Shown one piece after another: positions 54,369 to 62,663 of a DNA stretch of 63,150 nucleotides (the first letter of the stretch is position 1; every line of letters begins with the position of its first letter). This DNA is from a virus (lineage: Duplodnaviria; Caudoviricetes), in the IMG/VR virus record IMGVR_UViG_3300049928_000025, positions 1 to 63,150 of that record; one strand, given 5' to 3'. The notes under the pieces were generated by a model. It had not been told where the DNA came from. It searched no databases and saw only the letters and a list, made by a program, of their open reading frames with translations. The position numbers and the translations under genes are program-made.

Positions 54369-55065
54369 CGCGCTCGTCGGGGCTCATTCCGGTGAGGTCG
54401 GGGCGGCTCTCGGTCTGGATCGGCCCACCGCCGGGCCCTGAGTGCTCGACTTTGTCCCTGAACATGCCGAGGTGCTTGCCGAGCTTTTCGAGGGCGCCGA
54501 GCTTGTCGTGCAGCTTGAAGGCCAGGCCCTCTCGGGTCTGCTTGACCTCGGCGATGGCGGCGGCCGTGTCCTCGTCGATCTGGTCCGACGCGACCAGAGC
54601 CATCGGCGTATGGGCTCGAACGGCAATGACGCCATCCGCGCCGACCCGCCGTCGCTTGAGCGCTCCGCCACGAGGTTGAGGCTCCAACTCCTCCTCGACC
54701 TCGGCCTCGAAATCCTCTTCGATCCCCTTGCCGTCGGACCGGATGAAGTGATCGGCGACCTCCGGCGCGCACGGCACCATGACCGTCTCGCCCCACTTCA
54801 TCGCCTTGCGGATGTCGCTGAAGCCGATCTTGGCGAGCTCACGGACTACCCGCTCAACGGTTACGCCTGCGCGCTCGGCCCCTTCAGCAAGGATCTCGTC
54901 GACCCTGGCGCGGACCTTAGCATTTTTCAGCAACCGGCCCGCGTTGATGCCGACGCTCGCGCCCGTCGCCTCATATCCAGCGGCACGGTAGGCAGCCGTT
55001 GCGGACTGTCCCTTAGCCACTTCCTGCGCGAACCGCTCGTGACGGCTATTGTTCAGTGTCGGCAC
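54304..55065 (-). CDS. terS: Terminase small subunit
   Basis: HERFA..G.SAT.AY..AGY..RLL; KLHDK..ALEKLGKHLGMF. Confidence 0.92.
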   Translation of the reverse strand: MPTLNNSRHERFAQEVAKGQSATAAYRAAGYEATGASVGINAGRLLKNAKVRARVDEILAEGAERAGVTVERVVRELAKIGFSDIRKAMKWGETVMVPCAPEVADHFIRSDGKGIEEDFEAEVEEELEPQPRGGALKRRRVGADGVIAVRAHTPMALVASDQIDEDTAAAIAEVKQTREGLAFKLHDKLGALEKLGKHLGMFRDKVEHSGPGGGPIQTESRPDLTGMSPDERDALRAILERRAEGPNRGPSRA

Positions 55066-55205
55066 GGCTTGCGAACTGCTTGTGGCGGCTGAAAGGGCGC
55101 TACCCCTTCCGCATCCCCTCCAGTGCCTTCGGCACCTCGGGCGAGGGATCCTGGATCGTGATGATGCGGCCGGAGGAGGCCCAGCCTATGGTGAGAGAGG
55201 AGGGC

Positions 55206-55436
55206 TCAGTCGAACTGGAGACGGACAGATCCACGCTCTGCGACGACCTTGTACTTCTCGCCGTCGTCCGAGACGAGATAGCCGGTTTCATCGTCTCGGA
55301 CGAACCGATGGATCTCGCCCGCCTCGTCATCGGCCGTCACGCAATTGAAAACCTCACGGCCATTGAGAAACACTCGAATACCGCTGACATCCTCACGGTA
55401 GCCGTGGTCGCCGCGCTGACTTGAGATCCGCATCAC
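55206..55436 (-). CDS. Conserved small phage protein
   Basis: VFLNG.E...CVTAD.E.G. Confidence 0.65.
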   Translation of the reverse strand: MMRISSQRGDHGYREDVSGIRVFLNGREVFNCVTADDEAGEIHRFVRDDETGYLVSDDGEKYKVVAERGSVRLQFD

Positions 55437-55570
55437 GCTTCCTTCGCCCTCAGAGCAGCCCTGCGCTCCGGCAGGTAGACGACGCCTTCGCGGTCGACGA
55501 GCCAGATGGGGCGGACATCCTGCTCAGGAGCGTCGTTCAGGCCGAGGAAGCGCTTGAGGCGGGAGAGCAT
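55433..55570 (-). CDS. Hypothetical protein
   Basis: GAGGA RBS, coupled downstream. Confidence 0.5.
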   Translation of the reverse strand: MLSRLKRFLGLNDAPEQDVRPIWLVDREGVVYLPERRAALRAKEA

Positions 55571-55723
55571 GACCTGATCCTCAAACGGCCGCTGGCGGGG
55601 CTGTGTGGAGGCGGGAGGGGCTATCCGGACCTGTGGAAGCGCCACACGAAATGCCCCGTGGCGTCGAACAGGAGGCAGGCGAAGATCAGCATCAGCCAGC
55701 CGGCAGCGTCCTGCGCGGTCATC

Positions 55724-56074
55724 TCAATTCCCACCGCCATCCGACGACCCGCCATCCGAAGAGGACGAGCAGGAGAACGAGCCGCTATCGTAGCTCGAGC
55801 TGTAGGACGACGTGCTGTCGTGGCCGTGGCAGTGCGACGTGCTCGGGGCGGAGTGGCCGCCGTAGAGCGGAGAGGTGGGGCTGAGCGGGCTCAGGATCAT
55901 GCCGGAGGGCGATGCCGGGTTCATGGGGCTGTCGTCGTAGGCGGAGCGAGCCGAGCCGGCGCCGATGCTGCCGCCACCTGGGTATCGCTCGCGACGGCGG
56001 CGGGCAATCTCGTCGTCCTGAGCCTTGGCCGCCGCCTCAATCTCGCGACGCCTTTTGCCGAACCAGTCGAACAT
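55724..56074 (-). CDS. Ser/Gly-rich low-complexity protein
   Basis: GAGG RBS; SSYSSSYDSGS tail. Confidence 0.6.
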   Translation of the reverse strand: MFDWFGKRRREIEAAAKAQDDEIARRRRERYPGGGSIGAGSARSAYDDSPMNPASPSGMILSPLSPTSPLYGGHSAPSTSHCHGHDSTSSYSSSYDSGSFSCSSSSDGGSSDGGGN

Positions 56075-56087
56075 GTGAGCCTCACTG

Positions 56088-56339
56088 TCAGGCTGGCTCG
56101 GAGTACGAGAGCCGAACGCTGTAGACCGAACCGGGCTGTCCGGGCTCATTGCTGCCAGTACACGTCAGTCGATGGTCGGTGGCGTGTGGGCACCGTTTGT
56201 TGCCGCACTCGGTGCAGGCGTACATGTGGCCTGGGAAAAGCTCGGTGCTGCAGGCGCGGCAGCCGCAGCCAGGGCGAGGATCTGTTGCCGGCTGGCCCGG
56301 AGCCCGGGAAGCAAAATCGGATACCGAGATGACAGTCAT
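56088..56339 (-). CDS. Cys-rich small phage protein
   Basis: C.C..C..M..C.ECGNKRCPHATDH...CTGSNEPGQPGS. Confidence 0.65.
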   Translation of the reverse strand: MTVISVSDFASRAPGQPATDPRPGCGCRACSTELFPGHMYACTECGNKRCPHATDHRLTCTGSNEPGQPGSVYSVRLSYSEPA

Positions 56340-56369
56340 TCCAACGGCTCCGACGCCGGATTGGTGAAG

Positions 56370-57118
56370 GACAGCGGGGCGGTCGGGAGGCACGCTCCGA
56401 CTGCTAAAGGGCCACTGCCACCGTTACCGGAAGGCTCGCCCCGCTGTCTCGATGCGGGCCGGTCGCTACTCCGGCGATCCACGGCTACAGACGATCTAAA
56501 TGGGTATTGGCCGAAGCCGCAGGGCTCCTGATACCGTGGAAGTCCCAAGCCCTTTTTCCGCGTGGCTGCTTCCACGCTGCCGCATCGAAATCTAAACCAC
56601 GACTTCCATCAGGACCTCGCGTCGTGAGCAATTCCGCACGATTGCGGAAACGTTGTCCCTTGGTGCCGGGAGGGAGGAGGCATCCCCTCTGCGGTGTCCC
56701 GCCCCGGCTGAGACACTGTTCCGATGCGGGCCGAGGTCGCCCAGATGGGCCGGGAGCGCTGCTGGCTGCCGGCATGCCCTCGCATCTTCGCGCCGCCTGC
56801 GATGGCCCGCAGGCCCAGGACGGCGCCCGCATCGAACTCTATCGGTGTAGGCCGGGCTTGATACCGGCTTGCCCCAATCGGACCTCAGAGAGGGTGCCGG
56901 TCTACGAGGACTTCCCGCGGCGATTATCCAACTATCCCGCGTCAGGTGCGAAGCGGGATACCCCGCAGCCTGATCCGCTTGCCCGTCCTTCCAGGCTGCC
57001 ACACCGAACTGTACCGATGCGGACCGGCGGTCATCCCGATCGCGCCACCCAACCAACTACGGGGTAGCCTCGCACCGATCCTCTTTGCCCCGGCACGTCG
57101 TCGCTGCTCTGGGCGAAT
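56370..57118 (-). ncRNA. Putative array of structured RNA modules in the late-operon leader
   Basis: No credible ORF; consecutive modules each closed by a long-range terminal stem (56370-56448, 56449-56588, 56721-56835, 56842-57007, 57014-57078). Confidence 0.6.
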
Positions 57119-57247
57119 TTCGGACACAACAATCCCGTCGCCTCGGTGCTACCGTGGGCCGGGTCCTGCAAAAGCCAGACTGCCGAATGGCTATCGCTGC
57201 AAGCAGGGTGATCCTGGCGCAGGAGGTATGGCGGCGCGTTGATGTGG

Positions 57248-57937
57248 TCAAGCAGCTTCGACCTGTTTGCCGGAAAGATCAACAGTCGTTATGCGGCCGA
57301 ACAGGTTGATCCCGACGCTGATGCGCCCGGTCTTCGGGTCCGCATCCTCGACCGTGCCGCCATATGACACGAAGGGGCCATCGGTCACGCGCACCGCGAG
57401 GCCGATCAGGTCCAGCACGGTCTTGGCCTTCTCGACGTCATCGCCATGGCCGGTGATGCAGTCGGCGAAGCCCTGAAGCTCGCCGGCGGGGATCACAATC
57501 GGTCGGTGATCGCTGCCGCGCAACAGGCCGCCGCGGCGGTAGCCGGTCACATCGTCCAGCACGCCGGGGTGGCTCTCCACGAGCGCGAGATCCTGCCACC
57601 TCGAGATGCCGACGAAGAGCAGCCTGCGCAGGACCGGGACGTGAGCGGTCACCAATCGGTTCCGGAGGACGCGGTTGACGACCTCGCGCGCCTCGAAAAC
57701 CGGGATGCCGGCCTTGCGGATCTGCGCGGCAGCTCGAGCATCCCAGCGCGGGAGCGTGCGGACGACGTGCCAGGCGAGGCCCGTATTCACCTCGAAGCGC
57801 TCAGCAGGCTCCACAGGGGCGCGGAGATGCGCGAGGCTCGACGAGTGCTGATGCGTCGCTACGGCCCGCCGAACAGCCTTGTGGCGGGCTTGCTGGGCCT
57901 TGGCGCGGCGCTGAGCCCTGCGCTGCTTCTTCGTCAT
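57248..57937 (-). CDS. NusG-family antiterminator (NGN + KOW)
   Basis: WHVVRT..A..I...GI..F; VRVTDGPF..Y.G.V..INLFGR.T.V.L. Confidence 0.88.
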   Translation of the reverse strand: MTKKQRRAQRRAKAQQARHKAVRRAVATHQHSSSLAHLRAPVEPAERFEVNTGLAWHVVRTLPRWDARAAAQIRKAGIPVFEAREVVNRVLRNRLVTAHVPVLRRLLFVGISRWQDLALVESHPGVLDDVTGYRRGGLLRGSDHRPIVIPAGELQGFADCITGHGDDVEKAKTVLDLIGLAVRVTDGPFVSYGGTVEDADPKTGRISVGINLFGRITTVDLSGKQVEAA

Positions 57938-58152
57938 CAGCGCTTCCCTCCCTTCGCCGAGCCCCAGAACGCGTCCTGCGCCGCCCGGATGCCGTAATCC
58001 ACGAACCCGATCGCGTGCGTATCTGTGGCCTGGGGGATGTGCTGGGGGTTGAGCCGCGGTGTCCGGTGGCCGATCCAGCGATCCGCGCACATGCCGTAGT
58101 CGCGGCGCTCGGGCTGACGGATCGGCCGGCCACTTGGATGCTTCTTCGTCAC
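57937..58152 (-). CDS. Hypothetical protein (start uncertain)
   Basis: TGATG coupling to NusG-like gene. Confidence 0.45.
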   Translation of the reverse strand: MTKKHPSGRPIRQPERRDYGMCADRWIGHRTPRLNPQHIPQATDTHAIGFVDYGIRAAQDAFWGSAKGGKR

Positions 58153-58207
58153 GGTACGCACCTCCACGCTGCAGGATGAGGCCGGCACCGGAGCGCCGGC
58201 CTGGGTG

Positions 58208-58525
58208 TCAGGCTTCCATCGCCCGACGGATGCGCGCCTCATCGGCCACCAACGGGTTGCGGCCCCACCGCCACCGGCGAAGGGCCACCGATCGCCAGAC
58301 GGCCGGCGTGGTCAGGAAGTGCAGCACACCGCGCCCCGTCAGGCTCTGCATGCCGCCGGAGCGGACGGCGTAGCCGTTGGCGACGAGGTGATCCCGGGAG
58401 GACTTGCTGGCGAGGTTGCCGTCCCAGACCATGCCGCAGGCGAACAGCTGCATGGCCACATCGAGGTCACCGTTGTTCCAGCCGTTCGAAGCGCGCGGCT
58501 CGCGGCGGATCATGCGCTCGGCCAT
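58208..58525 (-). CDS. Hypothetical protein
   Basis: Coupled to MucR-like gene; WDGNL.SK..RD.LV..GY. Confidence 0.65.
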   Translation of the reverse strand: MAERMIRREPRASNGWNNGDLDVAMQLFACGMVWDGNLASKSSRDHLVANGYAVRSGGMQSLTGRGVLHFLTTPAVWRSVALRRWRWGRNPLVADEARIRRAMEA

Positions 58526-58965
58526 CACGCCACTGCCCGCAGCTTGCGCCGGCTCTGCCCCAGTCCGATCGACTTCGCCAGCTCGCTCCGCTGCGCCGCG
58601 TAGTTGGCCGCGACCATCGGGTAGTCGACGGGCAGGCCCCACTTCGCCCGGTACTGCTCCGGGGTCAGCCCGCGGCCGGCGAGGTGGCGCTTCAGGGTCT
58701 TGTAGGGCTTCCCGTCCTCGAGGCTGACGATGTGGTCGGAGGTCACGGTCTTGCGGATCGAAATGGGCGGGGTCAGCGGCTCGGCGGCGGGTGCAGCCGG
58801 AGCGCCGAGGCCGACCAGCGCGCCGTGCACCGAGGCGATCAGCCCGGGCAGGTCGGCGGCCGGGACAGCGTTGCGCTGGACATAGGCCGAGACGATCGCG
58901 GCCGTGTAGCCGAGCAGCAGGGGCTGGCTGGAGTCGACGGCGAGGGTGATCTTGTGGTCGTTCAT
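58525..58965 (-). CDS. Ros/MucR family regulator
   Basis: TA.IVSAYV..N..SLEDGKPYKTLKRHL..YRAKWGLP.DYPMVA.NY...RS.LA..IGLG. Confidence 0.95.
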   Translation of the reverse strand: MNDHKITLAVDSSQPLLLGYTAAIVSAYVQRNAVPAADLPGLIASVHGALVGLGAPAAPAAEPLTPPISIRKTVTSDHIVSLEDGKPYKTLKRHLAGRGLTPEQYRAKWGLPVDYPMVAANYAAQRSELAKSIGLGQSRRKLRAVA

Positions 58966-58987
58966 CAGGTTGCTCCTAAAACGTAAA

Positions 58988-59215
58988 TCAGCGAGTGACG
59001 TGCTTGACCGCCCACATCACCGCCTGCTCGGCGTTGTTGATTGCGAGGCTGATTTCGCGACTAGCTCCGGCCTTCTGGCACTCAGCGATAAAGGCGGCGC
59101 CGAGGTCCTTGATCCGGACCATCTGCTCCTTCTCGGCGTCGCTCAGGACGCGGTACTGGTGGCGCACGGCGTTGTTCGCGGTGCGGTCGTTAGATTGGCT
59201 GTCGACGTAGGACAT
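58988..59215 (-). CDS. Acb2/Tad1-like hairpin sponge protein
   Basis: YRVLSD.E...M..IK.LG; SRE.SLA..N.EQAVMWAVK. Confidence 0.7.
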   Translation of the reverse strand: MSYVDSQSNDRTANNAVRHQYRVLSDAEKEQMVRIKDLGAAFIAECQKAGASREISLAINNAEQAVMWAVKHVTR

Positions 59216-59284
59216 GGGCTGCTCCTGGTGGTTGGACCCTCCCCTTTGTGGGGGAGGGTGGCCCGCGGTGGCGGGATTGGGGGA

Positions 59285-60097
59285 TCAGGCGTCGGCGGGC
59301 TGGTGGATGCCGTGCTCGGCGGCGTAGCGGCGGTTGCTGTCGCGCAGGGCCGTAGAGATCGTCAGGCCATCGGCTGAGACGGGGACGGTCTCTCCGGCCG
59401 CGGCGAGCCGGGCGTGCTCCTTCAGCTTCTCGCGCTGGTTCGTCTCACGGAAGCCGGAGATCTGGAGGTTCTTCGGGCTGTCGCCGCTACTGCCGGCGAC
59501 GATTTCTGCCCGTAGAGCCTCCCACCTGGCGACGGCAGCCTTGCGTTCGTCTTGCGAGACCGAGGTGTCGACGATCGTGGCATCAAGCACCTTCGACAGC
59601 CGACCGATCTCTTCCTCGACCGGGAGCATGCAGTGCTTGGCCTCGCCGCGGATCTGGGGCGGGGTCGGGGCGCGATCGTGAGACCAGATCACCCGGACGT
59701 TGCCCTTCACGAACCGACCAGCGGCCTCCTGCACGGCCCACACCGGGATATCGTCGAGGGCGCGGCACGCGAGGGCGGTCACGGCGTTCGCGTCGTCCGC
59801 CGTCGCCCCGAACGTCGGAAATGACCCGAGCAGGGCCTTCACGACCTTGCGCATCATGACCGGGTCCCCGGGTCCCAAGCTCTCGCGAAGATGTGCCCGG
59901 CGATCCTCAAGGGCCGCCCTTTCGGCAACGCTCGGCGCAGAACCCGCGCTCAGCAGCATGTGGCCTTGATGATCGTAGTCCTCCTCCAGCCGGTTCGCGA
60001 GCCGGGAAACGAGGTCGAGCAGCGGCCTAGAAGCGTCCACCGGCCGCGAGACGAAGGTGCGGTCGTTTCTGATCTGCATATCGCTCATCGGGGTCAT
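59285..60097 (-). CDS. Replication-associated protein (helicase loader-like)
   Basis: Downstream of initiator; L.D.P.WA...A....PTP.Q. Confidence 0.55.
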   Translation of the reverse strand: MTPMSDMQIRNDRTFVSRPVDASRPLLDLVSRLANRLEEDYDHQGHMLLSAGSAPSVAERAALEDRRAHLRESLGPGDPVMMRKVVKALLGSFPTFGATADDANAVTALACRALDDIPVWAVQEAAGRFVKGNVRVIWSHDRAPTPPQIRGEAKHCMLPVEEEIGRLSKVLDATIVDTSVSQDERKAAVARWEALRAEIVAGSSGDSPKNLQISGFRETNQREKLKEHARLAAAGETVPVSADGLTISTALRDSNRRYAAEHGIHQPADA

Positions 60098-60764
60098 TCT
60101 CTTCGGCGTCGAGACTGGCAAAGAAACCGTTGCTGTACTTCGGCTTTGCAGGGCTTGCTCTGGCGGTCGGACGACGGCGCAGGTTCTCGCGGATCCGATT
60201 GCGAAGCGTCCGAGGCCAATCAATTTTCCGGGCTTTCGCGCCGCCTTCGGCCAACCAGTAGTCGCAGAACTCGGCCAGCACTGCGTCGGCCTCAGCCTCG
60301 TTCAGGCCCATCTCGGCGCAGACGGCACGGGCCTCAGGGCTGTCGGCGAAATCGGGGCTGAGCCGGCGGCCCCGGGGCTCAGCCTTCGGCTTTGGCGTCT
60401 CGGCACCGGGCTTGGCTGCCGGGGCGGTGCGTGCCTCGACCGGATCGACCAACCCGGGCAGCTCGGCGTCATCGGCCCCCTTGGGGGCTGTCGATCCGTC
60501 AGGATCGACTGGGGGAATGGGTTGGGTGGGGGTTTGATTATTATCTTTGGGGGAGGGGTCACGTGGCTGTGGCGTGACTGTAACGTTACCGTCACGTGAC
60601 TTTGCGCGGCTCTTCGCGGTGCGTTCTCTTTGAGAAGCTTTCCGAGCATCCTCAGCGGCGGCGAAACGGGCTTCGGCAGCCTCAACGGCGGCAACAGCGA
60701 TTTCAATAGCCTCCAGCGGAGCGCCAGCATCGCGAAGTTGACGAATGAGTACCGCGATGCTCAC
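60027..60764 (-). CDS. Replication initiator
   Basis: RG.RL..DF..F.DYW......K.DW..T.RN DnaT-like C-terminus; internal GTCAC/GTAAC repeats. Confidence 0.75.
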   Translation of the reverse strand: MSIAVLIRQLRDAGAPLEAIEIAVAAVEAAEARFAAAEDARKASQRERTAKSRAKSRDGNVTVTPQPRDPSPKDNNQTPTQPIPPVDPDGSTAPKGADDAELPGLVDPVEARTAPAAKPGAETPKPKAEPRGRRLSPDFADSPEARAVCAEMGLNEAEADAVLAEFCDYWLAEGGAKARKIDWPRTLRNRIRENLRRRPTARASPAKPKYSNGFFASLDAEENDPDERYADQKRPHLRLAAGGRF

Positions 60765-61120
60765 GCGCCCCTCCATTCTTTAGGGGTGCGATCCTTTTTT
60801 GAGCTGTTACAACTTTTGCAGGATACCACCAAGTTTTCGACTACCGATGCGCCTCCACGGCTGCTCGGCATCACGTGGTCGAGATGCGGAACGGAGACGT
60901 CAGAGCCGCAATAGGTGCAGACGAAACCATCCCGGGCAATTACCTCTGCCCGAACTGCTGGCGTGATATAGAGAACCCTTACCGCTGCCGCAGCCTCGGC
61001 CTTCGCGGCGGCGGCATCGGCGCGCTGGCGCTCTTCAGCGGCAACAGATGCGGCCAGGAGCATGTCGGGCGTAGCGCCCATATCAATGAGCGCGCGGAGC
61101 ACTTTCGTGGGTAGCCCCAT
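60761..61120 (-). CDS. HNH endonuclease
   Basis: RDG..CTYCG..LDHV.P.SRGG...NLV.SC.SCN.SK. Confidence 0.9.
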   Translation of the reverse strand: MGLPTKVLRALIDMGATPDMLLAASVAAEERQRADAAAAKAEAAAAVRVLYITPAVRAEVIARDGFVCTYCGSDVSVPHLDHVMPSSRGGASVVENLVVSCKSCNSSKKDRTPKEWRGA

Positions 61121-61392
61121 CAGCGTCGCCCCTGGTGAGATTGCGTGACCACCGCCGCGTCGACACGCGCCCGGCAATCGGGATCGTCACAGGCCGTCCA
61201 GGATGGGCGGAGCCATTGCTGGGGACCGGGCTGACGGCAGGTGTAGGGAGTCCAGGTGCCGACGCGGCAGAAGGCGCAGAAATACGGATCGGGGCCGGGT
61301 AGGCCCCTTCGAGCACCTTCCCACTCTTGAGGGGTGATCGGGGCGCGGGGTGCGCCGTTCGCCGGCTGGATGAGGATGGCGGGCTGCGGCAT
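61120..61392 (-). CDS. Hypothetical protein
   Basis: Coupled ORF; CAFC. Confidence 0.55.
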   Translation of the reverse strand: MPQPAILIQPANGAPRAPITPQEWEGARRGLPGPDPYFCAFCRVGTWTPYTCRQPGPQQWLRPSWTACDDPDCRARVDAAVVTQSHQGRR

Positions 61393-61395
61393 GGG

Positions 61396-62661
61396 CTACT
61401 CCGCCGCATCGCCCAGGAAGGCGAAGAGCCCGCCGGGCGCCTCGACCTTGCCTCGGGCCTTCAAGATGGCGTGCCGCTTCTCGTCCGGGCCGGCGAGGAC
61501 CAGTGCCATGCGGCGGGCGATGTCGGCGCGGTACTCCTCCTCGCGCTCGATGAGGACGGCCGAGAAGCCCTCGCGGTAGGCCGCTTCGCCGGTGGTGCCA
61601 GTGCCGGCGAACGGGTCAAGGACGATTCCGCCCGGAGGCGTAACGAGCCGGACGATCCACCGCATCAGGTCGACAGGCTTCACGGTCGGGTGCTTCGAGC
61701 CGATGCGGTCGTCAGCGTCGGCCTTGGCGCTGTAGAAGAAGCGGGCGGCGGAGCCGGTGTCGCCCCTGGGGGTGAACTCGTCACGGGCTCCAAAATCGCC
61801 GTAGACGTTGACGCTGTTCTTCGCCCCATGGCGCGGGCCGACAGCAGCGATTTGCCCCGGCGCATCCGGGAACGCGCTCACCACCTCGTCCGAGCCATCG
61901 TGCACGACGTTGGCGGGCCAGCGGCCGGCGGGCGACCCACCACGGGGCCCCGGCTTGGCGGCGAAGTTCGTGCTGCCCTTGTCGGTGTATCGGCGCTCTG
62001 CGCTCGCCTCGCCCGCCCTTTGATGCGACCACAGCACCCCAGCGCCGGCTCGCAGATCGTCCTCGGTCGCAACCCGGCACGCATCGATGTTAAGCGCGCC
62101 GACGCCGTGCTGCGCGAGGTTCGCGGCCACAGTCCCGATGAGCGGTTTGCGAGCGAAGACGATGGGCTCGATCGCTGGCTTGAGGGCCGTTCCCCAGCCG
62201 GCCCATTCGCCGGCCTGGTTGTGGCTCTTCGGGAATCCGCTGCCGTACATCCAGGCGATGAGATCTCGGATCTCGAACCCAGCATCCTCGATCGCACAGG
62301 CTAGGCGGTGATAGGTACGGGTGCCGCCGAAGGCGACGACGTGGCCGCCGGGCTTGAGGACGCGCAGCGCCTCCGCCCAGAACTCGACCGAGAAGGCTCG
62401 GTCGCCGGTATCCCAAGCCTTACCCATGAAGCCACGCGAGGCGCGGGCATAGACGTCGCCCTTCGCGGGAGCGGCATTGGCGCCGCCGAACCGCCTGACG
62501 ATCGACGCCAGGGCGTAGGGGGGGTCGGTGACGATGGAATCCACCGAGGCGTCCGGGATGGTGCGGAGCACATCGAGGCAGTCGCCGGCATGAAGGCAGA
62601 TGCGACCATCCAAGTAGGGCGTGGCGCCCTCGGCAAAGTGCTCTGTGCGGATGGCGGCCAT
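61396..62661 (-). CDS. Orphan DNA methyltransferase (N6A/N4C, beta class)
   Basis: TDPPY before HPTVKP and LDPFAGTGTT. Confidence 0.92.
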   Translation of the reverse strand: MAAIRTEHFAEGATPYLDGRICLHAGDCLDVLRTIPDASVDSIVTDPPYALASIVRRFGGANAAPAKGDVYARASRGFMGKAWDTGDRAFSVEFWAEALRVLKPGGHVVAFGGTRTYHRLACAIEDAGFEIRDLIAWMYGSGFPKSHNQAGEWAGWGTALKPAIEPIVFARKPLIGTVAANLAQHGVGALNIDACRVATEDDLRAGAGVLWSHQRAGEASAERRYTDKGSTNFAAKPGPRGGSPAGRWPANVVHDGSDEVVSAFPDAPGQIAAVGPRHGAKNSVNVYGDFGARDEFTPRGDTGSAARFFYSAKADADDRIGSKHPTVKPVDLMRWIVRLVTPPGGIVLDPFAGTGTTGEAAYREGFSAVLIEREEEYRADIARRMALVLAGPDEKRHAILKARGKVEAPGGLFAFLGDAAE

Positions 62662-62663
62662 CG

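Noticed and set aside
56449-57007. Canonical tRNA or tmRNA genes
   Set aside because: No TTCRA T-loop, no 7-nt anticodon loop, no CCA, and no tag reading frame recognised
56485-57309. Protein-coding ORFs in the late leader
   Set aside because: No RBS or coupling, Arg/Pro/Gly-rich shadow composition; structure explains the region better
61396-62661. Restriction-modification system
   Set aside because: No cognate restriction enzyme; the neighbouring HNH and VRR-NUC genes are routine phage replication-region genes
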